A stretch of 59,450 bases of DNA, counting the filler, from Catajapyx aquilonaris (lineage: Eukaryota): the NCBI GenBank assembly GCA_000934665.2. It is 4 parts of 4 records of this genome, joined end to end, with 100 filler letters (N's around TTAATTAATTAA, not from the genome) between each part and the next. Parts side by side here need not be neighbours in the genome. Positions count along the whole stretch, not along the records: positions 1 to 14,782 come from JYFJ02007691.1; positions 14,883 to 29,662 come from JYFJ02007692.1; 2 more parts are not named here. One strand, written 5' to 3'. Under the pieces are notes generated by a model. It had not been told where the DNA came from and did no database searches. It saw nothing but the letters and a program-made list of their open reading frames with translations. Both the position numbers and the translations under genes were made by a program. Positions 13,311 to 27,301 of the stretch are shown piece by piece; within the stretch, counting starts at the first letter, position 1; the number at the start of each line of letters is the position of its first letter.

Positions 13311-14782
13311 CTGTGGAGAATCAAGCAAACATAACATTAACATAGACCAACAAAAACTAAACTGAACAAAATGCTAAAAAAGTGTATGTTATTCACTCAT
13401 TACTAGTATGAATAATATCATATGACCTGAGGAAACCAACAGAATCACTACACTAGCATGGCATATTCTGTGTAGCAGCTTTCAACTCTGACTCTTGCTC
13501 TGACTAACTTGTAAGATCAACTTGTCCTAAATCCTGGAAACTCATGAAAAATTACTCCAGACATTCTACACAGGGCCTAAGGCATGGCGAGAATTTGACA
13601 TGTCCATAACTACTGTAGTAGCATGTATTCGACGCCTCTTGTTACAATAATTTCATTCAATTCAGTCACCTGCGAATTCCCATGTATTGATCATATGAGA
13701 TGACTAAGGTGTTTTGTATCACCTGGACAGAGCTGACTCTGCCTTCATGAGACAATGCCGTGACGTTTGTATGTTTGCGTGAAGAAGAAAAAAGGGTTTC
13801 AAAAGGTAGAGGTCATACCCATATGCAATTTAACGTCCAACAGCTTGGGTGGACAACAAAGTAATCCTGTAATGTCACTTCCAATACACAATCGGAAGTA
13901 CTTCCCCAAAGAAAGTTGGGGCTAACTCGTGCCATAAATTATATGATGCCAATGAATCAATGCTGACTAACATCTCCTACTAATGATAAATGTATGGGTT
14001 AGGAAACCAACAATTGGAGAAAATAGCCAGTGCGAGGTGACAAGATGAACTATTTATGCAGTACAGTAATTTCAGCCAAAAAGTACCTTGGCTGCATTAT
14101 GTAATTAAAAATTTGGAACCATAACTGTCACTACGTATAATTTTTGCGTTATAGTGCATTTTAAAACCACTATTGCTGAAAAAACTGACACAGAACATGT
14201 AACATGGAAGTACATGGGACCTTAACATCCGTGGGCGCGTGTGTTACCGCAGCACCACTCCGCTTCCCTTAACTGGAGACATATTAAGGATGTGAAAGGA
14301 TGGGTTGAACCAGTCCAAGCTAAGTTTTGCACTTTTTTGTGTTCATCCAGCTTTCATCTCCATACCTCATCATAGGAAGGTCTGGAAAAACCTAGCAAGC
14401 TGCACAAACTGAGGTTGGACTGACACTATACGGAAAGGCCAACCCATGCAATGCCCTCCCTCAGGTGCAGGTGGTGGACTATTTAGTGCTGCAGTGAGAC
14501 ATTATGAGGAATGCAGATTAGTTCCGCAATCTGTACACAAGGTCTGTAAACTTCCGGGCAAGGAGTGGCTCTCATGGTGGCCTCCATGGTTATAGAAGAC
14601 TCAGGTTAGGTCACTCCTCACCCACCCCCTGCCGAGGCATTTTGCAGCGGGTGCTCACCTGAGACCGCCATGAGACATTTCGGAGCCACGATAAGTGGCG
14701 ACCCTACCGGACTATAGGCTGAACTTTATAGGTACGAAGGGGAGGGCTACATTCTGGCCCAACATGGCCGCCGGCGGCCATG

Positions 14783-14882
14783 NNNNNNNNNNNNNNNNNN
14801 NNNNNNNNNNNNNNNNNNNNNNNNNNTTAATTAATTAANNNNNNNNNNNNNNNNNNNNNNNNNNNNNNNNNNNNNNNNNNNN
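14783..14882. other. Artificial contig spacer (N44-TTAATTAATTAA-N44)
   Basis: Exactly 100 nt with a six-frame stop linker in the centre. Confidence 0.98.
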
Positions 14883-17800
14883 GGGAGGGGTGGTAAACAT
14901 GCGGCGGGGTAAGTCGGGTTATTTATTGCCCTTCATCATAGCAGTAAATTGCAATCTACTCAATTATGGCTGAGATTAGATTTCTGGTCAACATTCGGCC
15001 AACAGTATGACCCAGACAACTTTATCACTTGGTTATAGCAACAGATTTTGAAGCAGGAATTTTTTTCGATGCTGAGTGGGCCTAGGTCAGTCGGGGTCAG
15101 GACACTTGAAGATTTACTGCTATTGTAAGTTTAATATAGTCGTCTTTCGAAGGTGTTATCTTGAATGCGATTTTAAGATGATTTTACTGCTAGCACACTA
15201 TGCGATAGTTTTGTATAGAACCGATGGACCAGTCAACTCTTGCCAATTCTCCATCATAATACACACTATCATGTCTTCCCGAGTAAGATGTAGTGGAAAT
15301 GTATTTTCTAATACATATATAGACTAATACACACATGAAAAGTAGCAAATATAGCAACGTAACTCCTTAAAATGACTTAATTGTCCAAACAAAAGATAGT
15401 AATCTCTCATTGAAAACGTAAGGAGCCTGGGCAGGTCCTGTCACTATGGCAATGCCCCACTTTTGCCCGTGGATGGAAGGGTTTTCGAATTGAGAAGACA
15501 CCCTCGGGCAACATGCACGTCCGCTTTTCTTGAACCTGGCTCGATTTTCAAAAGCTGCTATACAGGGAGCCGGGCCTTCTCATCGTCTCCTCATTCCTTT
15601 CAGGTGCAACTCGACGATAAGGCCTGTGTCGGGCGTGCTCAATGCAGCACAAAGATATCGCTTTTATATAACCTGTGGATCTGAGTCCTCGCCAAACCAG
15701 GCTCGGAGTTGCACAATTGCATTTTGGCGACGCCAATGATAATTATATTAGTTAGCAATCTCGTCACTGGGATTCAGGTACAAAAAATTAACCAATCACA
15801 TGGGTACGCAGCGCATATTATCCCCACAATTGACAAGGCGGTTTATGCTTGTTGTCGGCTTCGTCAGCTATTCACATATATGTCCGGCATAGTATAATAA
15901 ATTGCCTAGATTCAATTATTCGCCAGCGACTTGCTATGGACCACATTCAACCAGGAGAAATGGCATGTTGTAATTATTATTATTTCGTTCTCATTATGCA
16001 CGGCACTTATGTAATTTTACTCATGGTTACAAATATTTCCATTAGTACAGATATCAACTTATGGCCGCCCTTAGGTTTTTCTGCCTGGTGGCAAATCCGA
16101 CGCTGCTGGGAACCCCCCCGGCAAAATTTTTGAAAGCATGAAATGATTTCGCCTTTATTTCCTATTACGTATTGTAGCCTATTTGAAAAATATTTATTGC
16201 AACTTGCGGCCGCCCCTACACAATTGCCTATTCTGCCAATGGTAAATCCGGCGCTGCTTCCAGTCGCGTAATTATTATTTTATTAATAATTTTTCGTTTA
16301 TTTTTTTTTGTATCCCTAAAAATTTGCCGTCCCTTGAAATCTGTCGCCCTAGGCAACTGCCTAGGTTGCCTTGCCGTAATTCCGGCGCTGCATGGAGCAT
16401 AAATTTTTAATGCTGTTTTAATGCTTCGATGATTATGTAATGTTTTTGTTGCTATAAAGTAACAAAAGCATAACAGCATCGCAAGATCATTAAATTATTA
16501 TCATTATCATTATTTATTATTTATTATTATTGTCGCCTGTACTGTACATACAGTATTCAAAAAATTATTATTTCATATCAGGAATGTTGAGCAGCACTTT
16601 GCCTGAAAAGTGGGTTATGCAGATACAGTAGGCGACAAAATTCAGTGGCTTATACGGAATCGGAGTGCAAACGTACAATACTGCAAATATTGCAGATCTA
16701 CGCATTGATCTGGCAAATTGACTCGAGTAAGTAGACACCATATACAGGACCGTAGGGATAGAGGAGGATTTCTGCAGTATCGGCACCTTGTCGGCACCTT
16801 TGTCAGCAGAGCTAGAAGGAAACATGCAAAGCCGGCACTCAGTCAGCTCGGTGTTGGGACCATGGACAACGGATGCTCGTATATTATACTGGATAGCTTA
16901 TATAATTTCACGTTGGTGATCATATCCACAATAATTAATATTCGCGTCGTGCACAAAACGGTTTCATTATTTAGGACCATGCAGTATTTTCCAGTTGAGC
17001 TGTCGGCCTTGCTGTCTGCAGTGGTTAGCGATTGACAGAGTCTGTACAAAATCGCTATTGCCTCACAATTTTTCATATAAAAAATAATATTCAAACCAGA
17101 ATAGGCATATCGAAATTTGCATGACTAAAAACTTTCACCAAGTTTTTCCGGCATATTCAACAAGCATATGATACTGTACATGTAAAAAAATCCTGGTAGG
17201 CCTATATCCTGGTAAAATTTAATTATGCACGGATAAAAAGCCCACATTCTACGGCATTTCAATTTCAACTGGGATTATTGTCACTATAAACCACGATGTG
17301 CGTCTTATAAACAAACTAGGAACAAACATGGTCCACATATTTCTGCTGGTGAAGCTGGTCTCAGCAACAAAATCTTATTAATTTTGATCTCACTCTGTCG
17401 TTCCCAATAATTTTCACCACAATCTTACAGTAATCTGCACATTGCGTGCATTAAACGTGTGTTCACTTTATTTGTGGTTATAGAGCATTATTGAGCCCCC
17501 TTGCATCTGATATAAAACATTTTCATTGTATGTCACAATAATGCCAGCAAAATACTCTAAACTACAACTATTTGCACATGGCCCTTACGCATGCACTTAG
17601 CTGTAATAACATCGAGTAATCAATCAAAACGATGTTAATCTACACTAATGTTGATGCTGTACATTCTGGATTCCTGAATTTCATTTAAGTTACGGCTTAT
17701 ACTTAAAATATATATAATTAGCTAGGATCTTTAACTAATGCATTCTACACACAGTCGCAGCACTTATGTAGTTGGGAATTTGCACAAGCCCAGCGGCCAC

Positions 17801-18409
17801 CATGAAACTACCACGTATACGCTAGAGCCATGCATAGTACAGTACAATGCAGCTTTTTTTTCTTTTATTTTTTCTGCGAAAGTGGTGAGAAAATTGAAGC
17901 CTAGAGCTTCATTGTCATATCTAGTATTCGGGAGAGTGGCGTCCTGGGCACGTGTCAATTCAATTCGCGGGGCTTTTCGCGAAGGGTAAATCAAGTATAT
18001 AGCCTATGCACATCCGGAGTCAAACTGGGAACGGGTAGGGGATGGTGGGGAGGACGAGGTGGGAGGAGGGGTGGCTCATCTTCTGCCGGATTCGTCACCT
18101 GGTCTCCCCGGACGTCTCCAGGAGAGCGGAAATCCTGCTAGTTTCCTGCTGCCTGACGGGATTTCATTTGCAACACTCCACGTCTCAGCCTCTATCATAA
18201 TGCCTCAGACTTGCTTTTCTGAGATCGATGCCACCTGCAGATCCAACTGCCATCTATCCCTTGAAAATTAATAACGCCTCGCTCCATTTCTCAACTGTTC
18301 AAGCGTCAACGAAGATATTCACACATTTTTTCCTCTACCTCTACCTCTCTCCATGAAAGCCGGATATCCAGCCTGGATATATGTCACCCTCGTTCTTTAG
18401 AAAGTTCTC

Positions 18410-18960
18410 ATATTTCTAAGTATAATACAAAGGGGATGGGTTTAGGCCGGTATTGCGCGGTCAATGGAAGACGGGATTAATTCGCAGGTACTGCTGAATG
18501 TGAACAATAGAATGCAATTAATGACAAGAAATGTCAGTTCATTTAATATGACTATCTTCAGAGCGAGCAAGCTTCATGGAAAGTGATGGAAGCAGAGAAA
18601 GTAAAAAATTCCTGGTCTTTGTCTATATGAAACTTTGCCTCTACAACATGCTGGTGGAAATAAACATGGCTTGAGAGCTGCTCCTGGAAAGGGTAGGAGA
18701 AAGATCGTAAATAAATTCCAGGCAAGAGCGCCAGCGAGAAGAAAGTGATTTACGACATTCAGCAGGAACGTGAAGTGTAACAGAAAGAAAAGATTGCTTC
18801 ACTCTCCAGCAAATGCACCAGATTCTAGAGTTAATCCGGAGGGGCTGACAGTAAAAATGGCATCTGCGTACTACCAGACAAATGCGGCTCGAATATTTTT
18901 TCAGGTAAAAACCTATTCCTCTGTGTAAGATGCGTGAAAAGACTGTACAAATCACTCCAG
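18410..18960 (+). pseudogene. Possible heavily decayed piggyBac-like transposase C-terminal remnant
   Basis: Broken frames read KYNTKGMG (cf. YNxTKGGVD) and YNMLVEINMA*ELL (cf. FYNMLDxAxINAW). Many stops; weak. Confidence 0.25.
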
Positions 18961-21333
18961 GCGACATGCAAAGCAGTGACTGTCAAATACATAACCCTAT
19001 AATACATTACAAAATAATATTTCTGTACAGTACAGTCACCTGCCGTATATAGACCATTCCAAAATATGAGGATCCTGAAGGCCTACAGGAATAGTATACA
19101 CACTTACATCGTTAAATCCTCGTAATCTAAAATGAAGAGAGACTAACAGGTAAAATATTCATTACATTCCAGTGTATACCCCTTCCGTTTCCTTGTCTTT
19201 ATAAATAACTGACTCGAGCATTATAGTCTGAGCATAACATGAAAATGTAAAGTGACATCTTGAGCTCTAAACAGAACTTTTCTTTCATCCATGGTCTCAT
19301 GGTCTTGTATTGTGCATCCCCCCGGGAATGCCATTAAAAATAAAGCGTCGAAAGAGTGATCAAAATGCATATCATAATTTATTATCCTCGCATAATGAAC
19401 ATTTGTGGAGGAGGGGAAGAGGATTGCCTCCACTGGAAACAGTACTTGATAAACTTCGCCAAAATTCTGTTCCAAGCTAAATAAAAATAATGGAACCGAG
19501 GTTCAATATCAGACACTGCCTTAATTTTATAATACTTAATCAATGAAGTTACATTTTCTTACTTTTATTGATACTTCCGTCCAACTGACCATTTTAAAAG
19601 TCATTGAACACGTTCGGTGCAAGTTTTTTTTACATACATAGTAATTATAGAATTTGATAGTGTTCCTTAGGTGCAAGTGCGATCTTGATCATTTTGTACA
19701 TCCCTCAAGAGAGTTTATTCCCACCAAAATTGAAACCCAGCTATTATTGATAATTATTATTATTACAAAATTAAGGAAAGAATATTAGAATAAGGGCTTG
19801 GTATCGAACACAGGACCCCTCCCATCGTGGCACTGCATACGTTACCGCAGGCCATTTAGATTCCCTTTACACGGCATTAGTTACTGTACTTACTAATTCT
19901 ATAGAATGTTAACAAATAATGCATCGTATGCCATAATATACCGTTACAAATGTTACACATGATTTAAAGCTACAAAGCGCCTAGTCATTTTATTTGAATT
20001 TCAGTATAATACTTTACATTAGGATTCTAAATTCGCTGAATTACTCTCCTGCCATAAACCTAGACACGATTTTGCTTTATGCTGCAGGCAAGGCGGTGAA
20101 TACTGAAAAGGCCTGCTTACAAATTATTCCAAGCGCGTGAAAAAGTTCGCATTACTTACTTTCTCTTTATCTTATTTCGCTACCACGGTAACGACAGCGG
20201 ACTGGGTTTGTCCGTGTACAGTAGAAGGGAAGATGAGGTGACCACACAATAATAGTTAGGTGATGTATTTAAAATAAGTATTCAAATCCGGCAGTAACCA
20301 CACTAATTGAACGTTATTATTGGAATATAAAATTCATGACATTACCGCACAATAACCCTCATACTAGTACTGCACCACAGCATGAATATTTTAAGATGCA
20401 ACTCACTCTATTGCCGTAATAGTGGATTGCAATACTATTGTAATAATTCAATAGCACTTCAAGCAGAATCGTCCAGTTTGTGCAATCCGTCAGACTCGCA
20501 ATATGTGGCAGACTTCACTTCCAAAGCGTTTGTCATTGTTGCTGCATCCCACGGTACAGCATAGTAGGGGCGAACTTTTCAGCAATCCCCACCCTTGATC
20601 GTCCCTTATCCAATCTTTCCTTATGCCGTTGTGGCAGGTGAAAGGTAGAAAGGACACACTTGAGCTCACTTCAAGCACTATGAATTGCTCTACTGCTATC
20701 CATCAAACATCAAAGAATTTTTCCTTCAAAATGGAAAGGGAAGGAACAGGGATGTTCTAGTGAACCGGTAAGTAGCGAGGGTAAGACATAGAGTGCCCTC
20801 TCGGCCAGATGTGGTGGGAGTCGCATGGGAGTAACTTTGTTGCGTTGGTTACGGTCTTATATGGAAGAAAGACGGAAGTGACGAGACAGGTGGTAGGAGC
20901 AGAAGTGAGAACTAGCTGGACTGGGGAAAAAGGATGAGAAGCACTATATCCTTCAGCTATACGAATTGTGAAGAATATTGGAAATGTTCCGGGTCCCACG
21001 GAGACCAGCGTTTCTAAGTACTAAATTGTTGGCGATTATTGAGCGAAGTTCTTCTTTCGTGTAAACGACTGTATGAATATAGTCATCATGTTTCTTGTGA
21101 GAGCTTACTGGATAAGCTTCTCACACTGCGTCAAAGACACAAAATTCGTCTGAGTCGATGTGCCAGTGAAAATCCACGGTGATACTAAAGAGTTTCTTAC
21201 TGTATGACGTGATCTCTAAGAATTTATAGAGCCATCAGCAGCACTGTCGCTCGAAGTGACGCGTATACCAATTGACTTTGATTCCATCTTACGGATTCCT
21301 TCCAAAATTGATACAGTTTTTAATGTAATGTAC

Positions 21334-21590
21334 AATTGAAGGGGTCGGTGCAATACCGCCCTAACCCACCAAATGACACAAATTGAGTTAAGCACACTTC
21401 CATGTACTACACTCATGTATCTAATAAAATCCATTGAAATTGTGCAGTTTCTGCCATCGGTCACTGAGAAATCAAATGAAATAAGTCACATGGTATATGG
21501 GATGTATATGGCCTCTCAAACTTTCAACTGCAGTTTTCTCAAAATCAGGTTTGGGAGGGTTAGGGCAGTATTGCACCGACCCCTTCAATT
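21334..21590. mobile_element. MITE with ~34-bp TIRs
   Basis: aattgaaggggtcggtgcaataccgccctaaccc ... gggttagggcagtattgcaccgaccccttcaatt. Confidence 0.75.
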
Positions 21591-23536
21591 ATTAAGCTCG
21601 CTCTTTCATACTTCATACGGAGTATAATCGTGAGATTTAGCGCTCACAAAATCAATTCGGAGCAGATACTGTATAGTATTCAAGTTAGTAGCAGGTTAGT
21701 AGGTCTAGGCCTATATTAGCAAATGGGGGAAACGGCCGTCCTTTACCAACCCCTACATTGAATTTTTCCCGGCAATCAAATTCAAGTATCATATTTTATA
21801 AAATAATGCATTTCGCAACATACGTACCAGTCTACAATTCACATAATTTTCACGGGTTGAATAGGTCACGATTAGTCCGACATCTTTAAAATGTTATTCA
21901 CCCTGCGACGAGGTGAGTTCACATGGAAGCTCTTGACGGTAAGCCGTCACCTGGGAGTCTGTTTTCTTTTCTAGCCCTGCTCTCGCGACCGAGAGTGTGA
22001 CACCGTGTCATCTTTCAAGCCCAGAGGGAAATTGTTTTCCTAGCAAAGTAGATGCAAAAGTTAGCTCCCCTCCCGTCAGCCCCCGCTTCCGATAGAATCT
22101 TTGCGTGATGCGAGAGCGTAAGCGATGGCCGGCGGTGTGGCACCGACGACTTGGTCCGCTAAATTGGCCTCCTTTTTTGGCCTTCCCCCTAGAGCAAAAG
22201 GAGGAGAAACAATGACGGGAAGGGAAAATAAACCTCGGCCCTGCCTTTCTCCAGGAGTAAAGGAATCCAATTTGGGAAGTGGGATTAAGACTCGTCTTCT
22301 ACCTTCCACCCTCGGGCACATCTAAGGACAATATGAAGCTCCCCTTTGTTTCGCTCTGGCATCTCTTCTCCACCCAACCATACCGCCACCCCCAGCTCGA
22401 ATAAAATGGAAGGCAAATTGCACAGATTCGACGTTGTTACTTCTGATTACTTCAACTATGACTAGCGCGGATTAGGATCTTGATTGGGGGTATCGTAACG
22501 TTAGGTATTTTTCTGGAGGACATGAGAAAGGGTCAGAAGTATTGAATCTTAGATCCACGGAGAATATATATAGTGCAGGTTTATGGCCATAGGATATCAA
22601 TTCAAATTCGGGATGCCACAACTTGGTGGTAAATAAACTCTGCAAGTTTGAATAATTAGTTTACTATAGTAAAAGATTATTAGGCCCCCACTTTATGATC
22701 ATGGAGCTATGAAATCTAAAGTGGAAGAAAAATAAGGCTGTTTATACTGTACTTTCATAGTAACATGAATCAAGCTCAGGTTATTCTCAATCATTTTCTT
22801 TTAACAGCATATTAAAAGCTCAGAACTTTGACAGAAAGCCCAATATTAATACAGATAGCCTTGAGACGCCAACGGGAATATTCCACATAAACCACGCTTA
22901 GTAAAAATTCTATTGTTGTCATTATGGTACAGTATGTCCCTTCCGTGCAGCTCCATTTGAGAAGAAGAATTTAAGAATAATTTCTACCCGTACAGTGTCT
23001 CTGGCCGACTTCCGAAGAGGAGGAAACGACCAAGACTAAAGACTGAAGAAGCAACAGAGAAATTACGAGGAAGCCATGCGTGAGTAGTACAAAGGGCGAG
23101 TCTAATGAGTACAAGAGCTTTGACAGACATCTTAAAAACAGGGAACCATATTTCAGTACCAGGAGACTTTGAAAATTGGGAAGTCTTAGGAGGAATTCTA
23201 GAAATGTCTCGCTAATTTGGTGGGAGAACAGCAGTCTAGCAGTGCTGCCGTCGACGGGAAGTGAAGTGCATCTAAAACGCGGTTGCACTTATTTCTTGCG
23301 CCGGAATTTTTGGCAATTTTGGGGTATTGTGCCTGCCAAACACTATAGTGAAGGGCTCAAGTGATGACAGTAATGTGCATTCATCTCTTATAACACCAGG
23401 ACTGTCTACAATGCGATATCGGGCGAGATCTACGATACAGTAGCCTACTGGGTGTTTCAGAGATCTTATATTCTGACGCAAATAGCATAACACAGCCTCT
23501 GTTCTAGTAAAGAGGTAGGCAGGAACATATACGGTA

Positions 23537-24304
23537 CAGGGTGGGACAAAAGTCATGCGGGCGGGTTTAAACGACGCAGCATGGCGTAAGTAACGAACGA
23601 TTATATATATATATATATTTTTAAATTACACTGCACAGAGAAAGATATGCCATTTATGGATCAAGGTCCAAAAAAGTCACTTCTTGAAAACAACACCGGA
23701 TAGATGTCTAGGATGTCTACCTTTACGGGCAACACATATTCCTCCAAACGCCGGACGAAACCCTTCAGAACGCATTCCAGCATGTCCAGGGGAATGTTTC
23801 TCATGGCGTGTCTTATCTGATCCTTAAGATCACCCAATGACTGAGGACGAGTGGCGAACACCAAACTCTTCAGGGAGCCCCACAAGCTGCCCACAAGAAG
23901 AAGTCGGGGGTGGTCAAATCCGGCGACCGCGACGGCCAAGGAATGTCCACAAATCTCGAAATGACCCTCCCAGAAAACACTTGACTTTTAATTTGTTCGG
24001 TGTTCGCCACACGTCCTCAGTCATTGGCTGATCTTAAGGATCAGATAAGACACGCCGTGAGAAACATTCCCCTGGACATGCTGGAGTGCGGTACGAAGGG
24101 TTCCGTCCGGCATTTGGAGGAATATGTGTTGCCCGCAAAGGTGGACATGTATCCGGTATTGTTTTCAAGAAGTGACTTCTTTGGACCTTGATCCATAAAT
24201 GGCATATCTTTCTCTGTGTAGTGTAATTTAAAAAATATATAATCGTTCGTTACTTACCCCATGCTGCGTCGTTTAAACCCGCCCATGACTTTTGCCCCAC
24301 CCTG
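23537..24304. mobile_element. Palindromic Tc1/mariner-derived foldback element made of two transposase 3' ends
   Basis: TA|cagggtggg...caccctg|TA. The arms are near-identical over ~300 bp and carry transposase C-terminus: WPSRSPDLTTPDFFLWG on the minus strand at ~23890-23938, then LKSLVFATRPQSLGDLKDQIR. Confidence 0.9.
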
Positions 24305-25834
24305 TATTTGGTTGGAGACACTTTGAACCATTTAAAACTTAGAAAAATAACGATTTATTAAATATTAAACTACGCGCATGCTTAAACATGTGTACCATAA
24401 AATCACTGTTTAAATGCATATTTAGGAGGGGTATTGTTGGCTTATAACAAGTATTTTAACTGCAGTACAATGTTTCCTTACATAACTGGTGGTGGTTATT
24501 AGTAGACCTATATTATTTTTTGTTTGTAATAATAGGGTGCATGTTCAAGCCTAGAAAATTAGCTTTTAAAATACTAAAAATAGGCGTTGCTGCGTTCATT
24601 CTCCGTAAGATAATCTAGTGACTCACACTTGTATTAGACTAACAAGACCTCCGATTTTGAGAGGATTATAATTATGACGTATAAAGGCGAGAGTAAAATT
24701 ATTAATGATCGTATAATAACAACAGCCAACAGGGTTGCATGTTTAGAATATTTGCATACATTGGAATACAACATGTGAATACACTTAATAAAATACCCGA
24801 CTTGGAAGCTCACAGAGGCTATGATAGGCTAATATTTATTAAAATGTTTCGCAATACCCAGTATATTATGAAAGCCCTTCAATAAAACGGACAGGTTGCA
24901 GTACCCATGTCTGACTTATCGCCTGAATCCGCCCTGAATCCCCATTTTCAACAAAAAGGATCACCTTCAGATATAGACCTACATAACGAGATTGCCTGAT
25001 GAGATCCAAGAGAAATTTCGGAATAATAAAATCCGAGTCTTAAATTATAGCCTACATATACACACATAGGTTATATAATATCACCTGCAGGCATCAAATT
25101 CACAAAAATGTGTGAAGAATATGTGTGAATGATTCAAGTGTAGTAAGGTGTAAAGTTTGTCTTCTAATCATGCGGAATCACGCTTCCTGAAGCCATATGA
25201 TTACGCGTAAAGGCGAGTCATCGTAATGAGGTGCTATATACACTTGAAACTGGATTCGTTACTGTCGTAAATAATAGAGTACTCGTTTTTATTGGACTCG
25301 TGTCACGAGAGCAAAACTATGCGAAGTTGACCCGATAAAAGCAGATAAGGCTACGCTCGACATCTATTGGCTGCATCTGGCTGCATGTATAAACACAGTC
25401 CGACCGGAATCAGTCGACATCTGAAGGCCAAGCACTCAAACTGGAGCACCTGGAATACAGTATTAGAAAATAGGAAAAACTGACAAAATCAATTTGCTCT
25501 TGCTGGCCCGTATCGTTTGGAACCTTAAAATAATCAAAATTATGAGCATGCGTGCAGGTAGCAAACACTTTATGGAGGCAGCCCAGTAAATACTCCTTGT
25601 TATATGGACATTATCCATCTGGTGCAGCGTTTCTAATTTTTTTTTACGCATGCACATACCTGCTGAATACATAAAAATTATTACATATCAATTAATGACT
25701 CAAAAATACATTTACATACTGTATAATTTATTAGCTTATTCATCACTATTTCTCGCCGAACCCTAGAGTTTCGGGTTGAGAAACGCTGATAAAGTGATGT
25801 ATAGTCATATCGCGTGGGAGAAATGGCAAATTAC

Positions 25835-26200
25835 ACATTCAACTCTGGTAATGAAACTTCTTTCACGTACTGTACAGTGTATACTATAGCTGTACTGTAC
25901 ATTCGCGGAGCTAAATAAGACATACAACCTACACCGACTTCGCCTTGCTTTATATGCCAGATGAGGAAGTACAGTACAGGGAATTTCAGTCTTTGGAGGG
26001 CACTTCTGCAGTGTGTTTGTGGTCGAACATTATCGTGGTGAACAATGACATCTTTTCTTGGTGCATACTGTTCACTCTTTCCTAAAACCTCCACAGGGTG
26101 TCTACATTCACCTCAGAATTCAGTTTTGTGATCGGTCAGGAACTCGACATGAACGACACATTCTTGAGAGACTCAATTTTACTGCACTTCCTCATCTGGC
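25835..26200 (-). pseudogene. mariner transposase remnant
   Basis: RKDVIVHHDNVRPQT resembles the mariner HHDNARPH motif. A related remnant lies at ~53990-54290. Confidence 0.65.
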
Positions 26201-27290
26201 ATTTTTTTTTTTTAATTTTTTAAATTTATTTCATACCCCGTTCTCTGACCTATGGGTCATTATTAGGGGGACACATAACCGCCATTTACATTCAATCGCA
26301 TAACTGTATACGCTTACAAACATTTGAGAAAAACGAGTACAATAGAAAAATTTGCTGTTTCGTTAATTTATGGAAGACAAAAGGTGTTTGTTCCAGGGGG
26401 AGAACAGATAAAGTGCGGAGATAAATTTTTCGGGGAGTAGCAAATATGGGGCATTCAAACAATAAGTGATGTGGAGTTAGAGGAATATTTAAGTTGCACC
26501 AATCACAGTTATCTTCAGTAACAATTTGTATTGACACACCAGGCTTAATGGGGAGGTATTTTGAACCATTTCTTTTTATCAACATACGCTGTCGATATAG
26601 GGGGAGACCATACGAAAGATATGCTTCCAAACCATGGTTATGTTTAATCAGTTTGTAATGATTATATCTATGAGTATGATTCAATCTAGTTAGCAATATA
26701 TTGAGTTTTTAACTGAAGCTTGACTTTGGTAAGTAGTAGGCCTACTGGTAGGTCAGTCTGTAGATCTTGCCACCTTAACCCCAGTTGATCTAATAATATG
26801 TGGCAGGATTACGCCAGTTTGGTCTATTGGGTGCAATGGAATAGTCATATACCATCCGTAAGATAGTGTTATCCGGAAGCTTATCAAACTTATGGCCGGT
26901 TTCACCAAGCCCGGTTTTCATAAAAACCAGGCTTGGTGAAACCGGCCATTAGTGATAAGCTTTGCAACTAGTTTCACCAAATTTAACGTGAGAGGGATTT
27001 GGCCAGTTTCCTGATAAGCAAAATATGAAGAGGAATTTTTAGGTAGTAATAAAAGTTTTTTCAGAAAAAAAAAAGTTGGACTTGGTTTATGACCTCATAT
27101 TGGGTCAAGCCCCATACCTGAGCTCCATAATTATGTTATTATTGGGAGAATGTGGGCATTAAATAACTTAATAGCAACCTGGATGGCTCGTATTTTTAGT
27201 TTGATGAGAGTTGCCCATAACGAATTTATCACAGCTATAGCAGAGTTTATATTTATAGTTGCACCAAGAGAGAAAAAAACGAGTTTTTAG
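26201..27290 (-). mobile_element. Non-LTR retrotransposon 3' fragment (post-RT region and CCHC zinc knuckle)
   Basis: CDWCNLNIPLTPHHLLFECPIFATPRKIYL, upstream LLLPKNSSSYFAYQETG, and an A-rich 3' tail on the minus strand at ~26201-26230. Related to 30208-30992. Confidence 0.8.
26893..26948. mobile_element. 56-bp PIF/Harbinger-type micro-MITE
   Basis: TTA|tggccggtttcaccaagcc...ggcttggtgaaaccggcca|TTA, inserted within the LINE fragment. Confidence 0.75.
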
Positions 27291-27301
27291 ATACAGATAG
27301 A

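Noticed and set aside
14380..14710. Possible LTR plus primer-binding site (tggcgacc at ~14695)
   Set aside because: No second LTR, TG..CA boundaries or gag/pol sequence are visible.
24996..25025. CTGATGA hammerhead-like core
   Set aside because: No proper stem II followed by GAAA, and no flanking stems.
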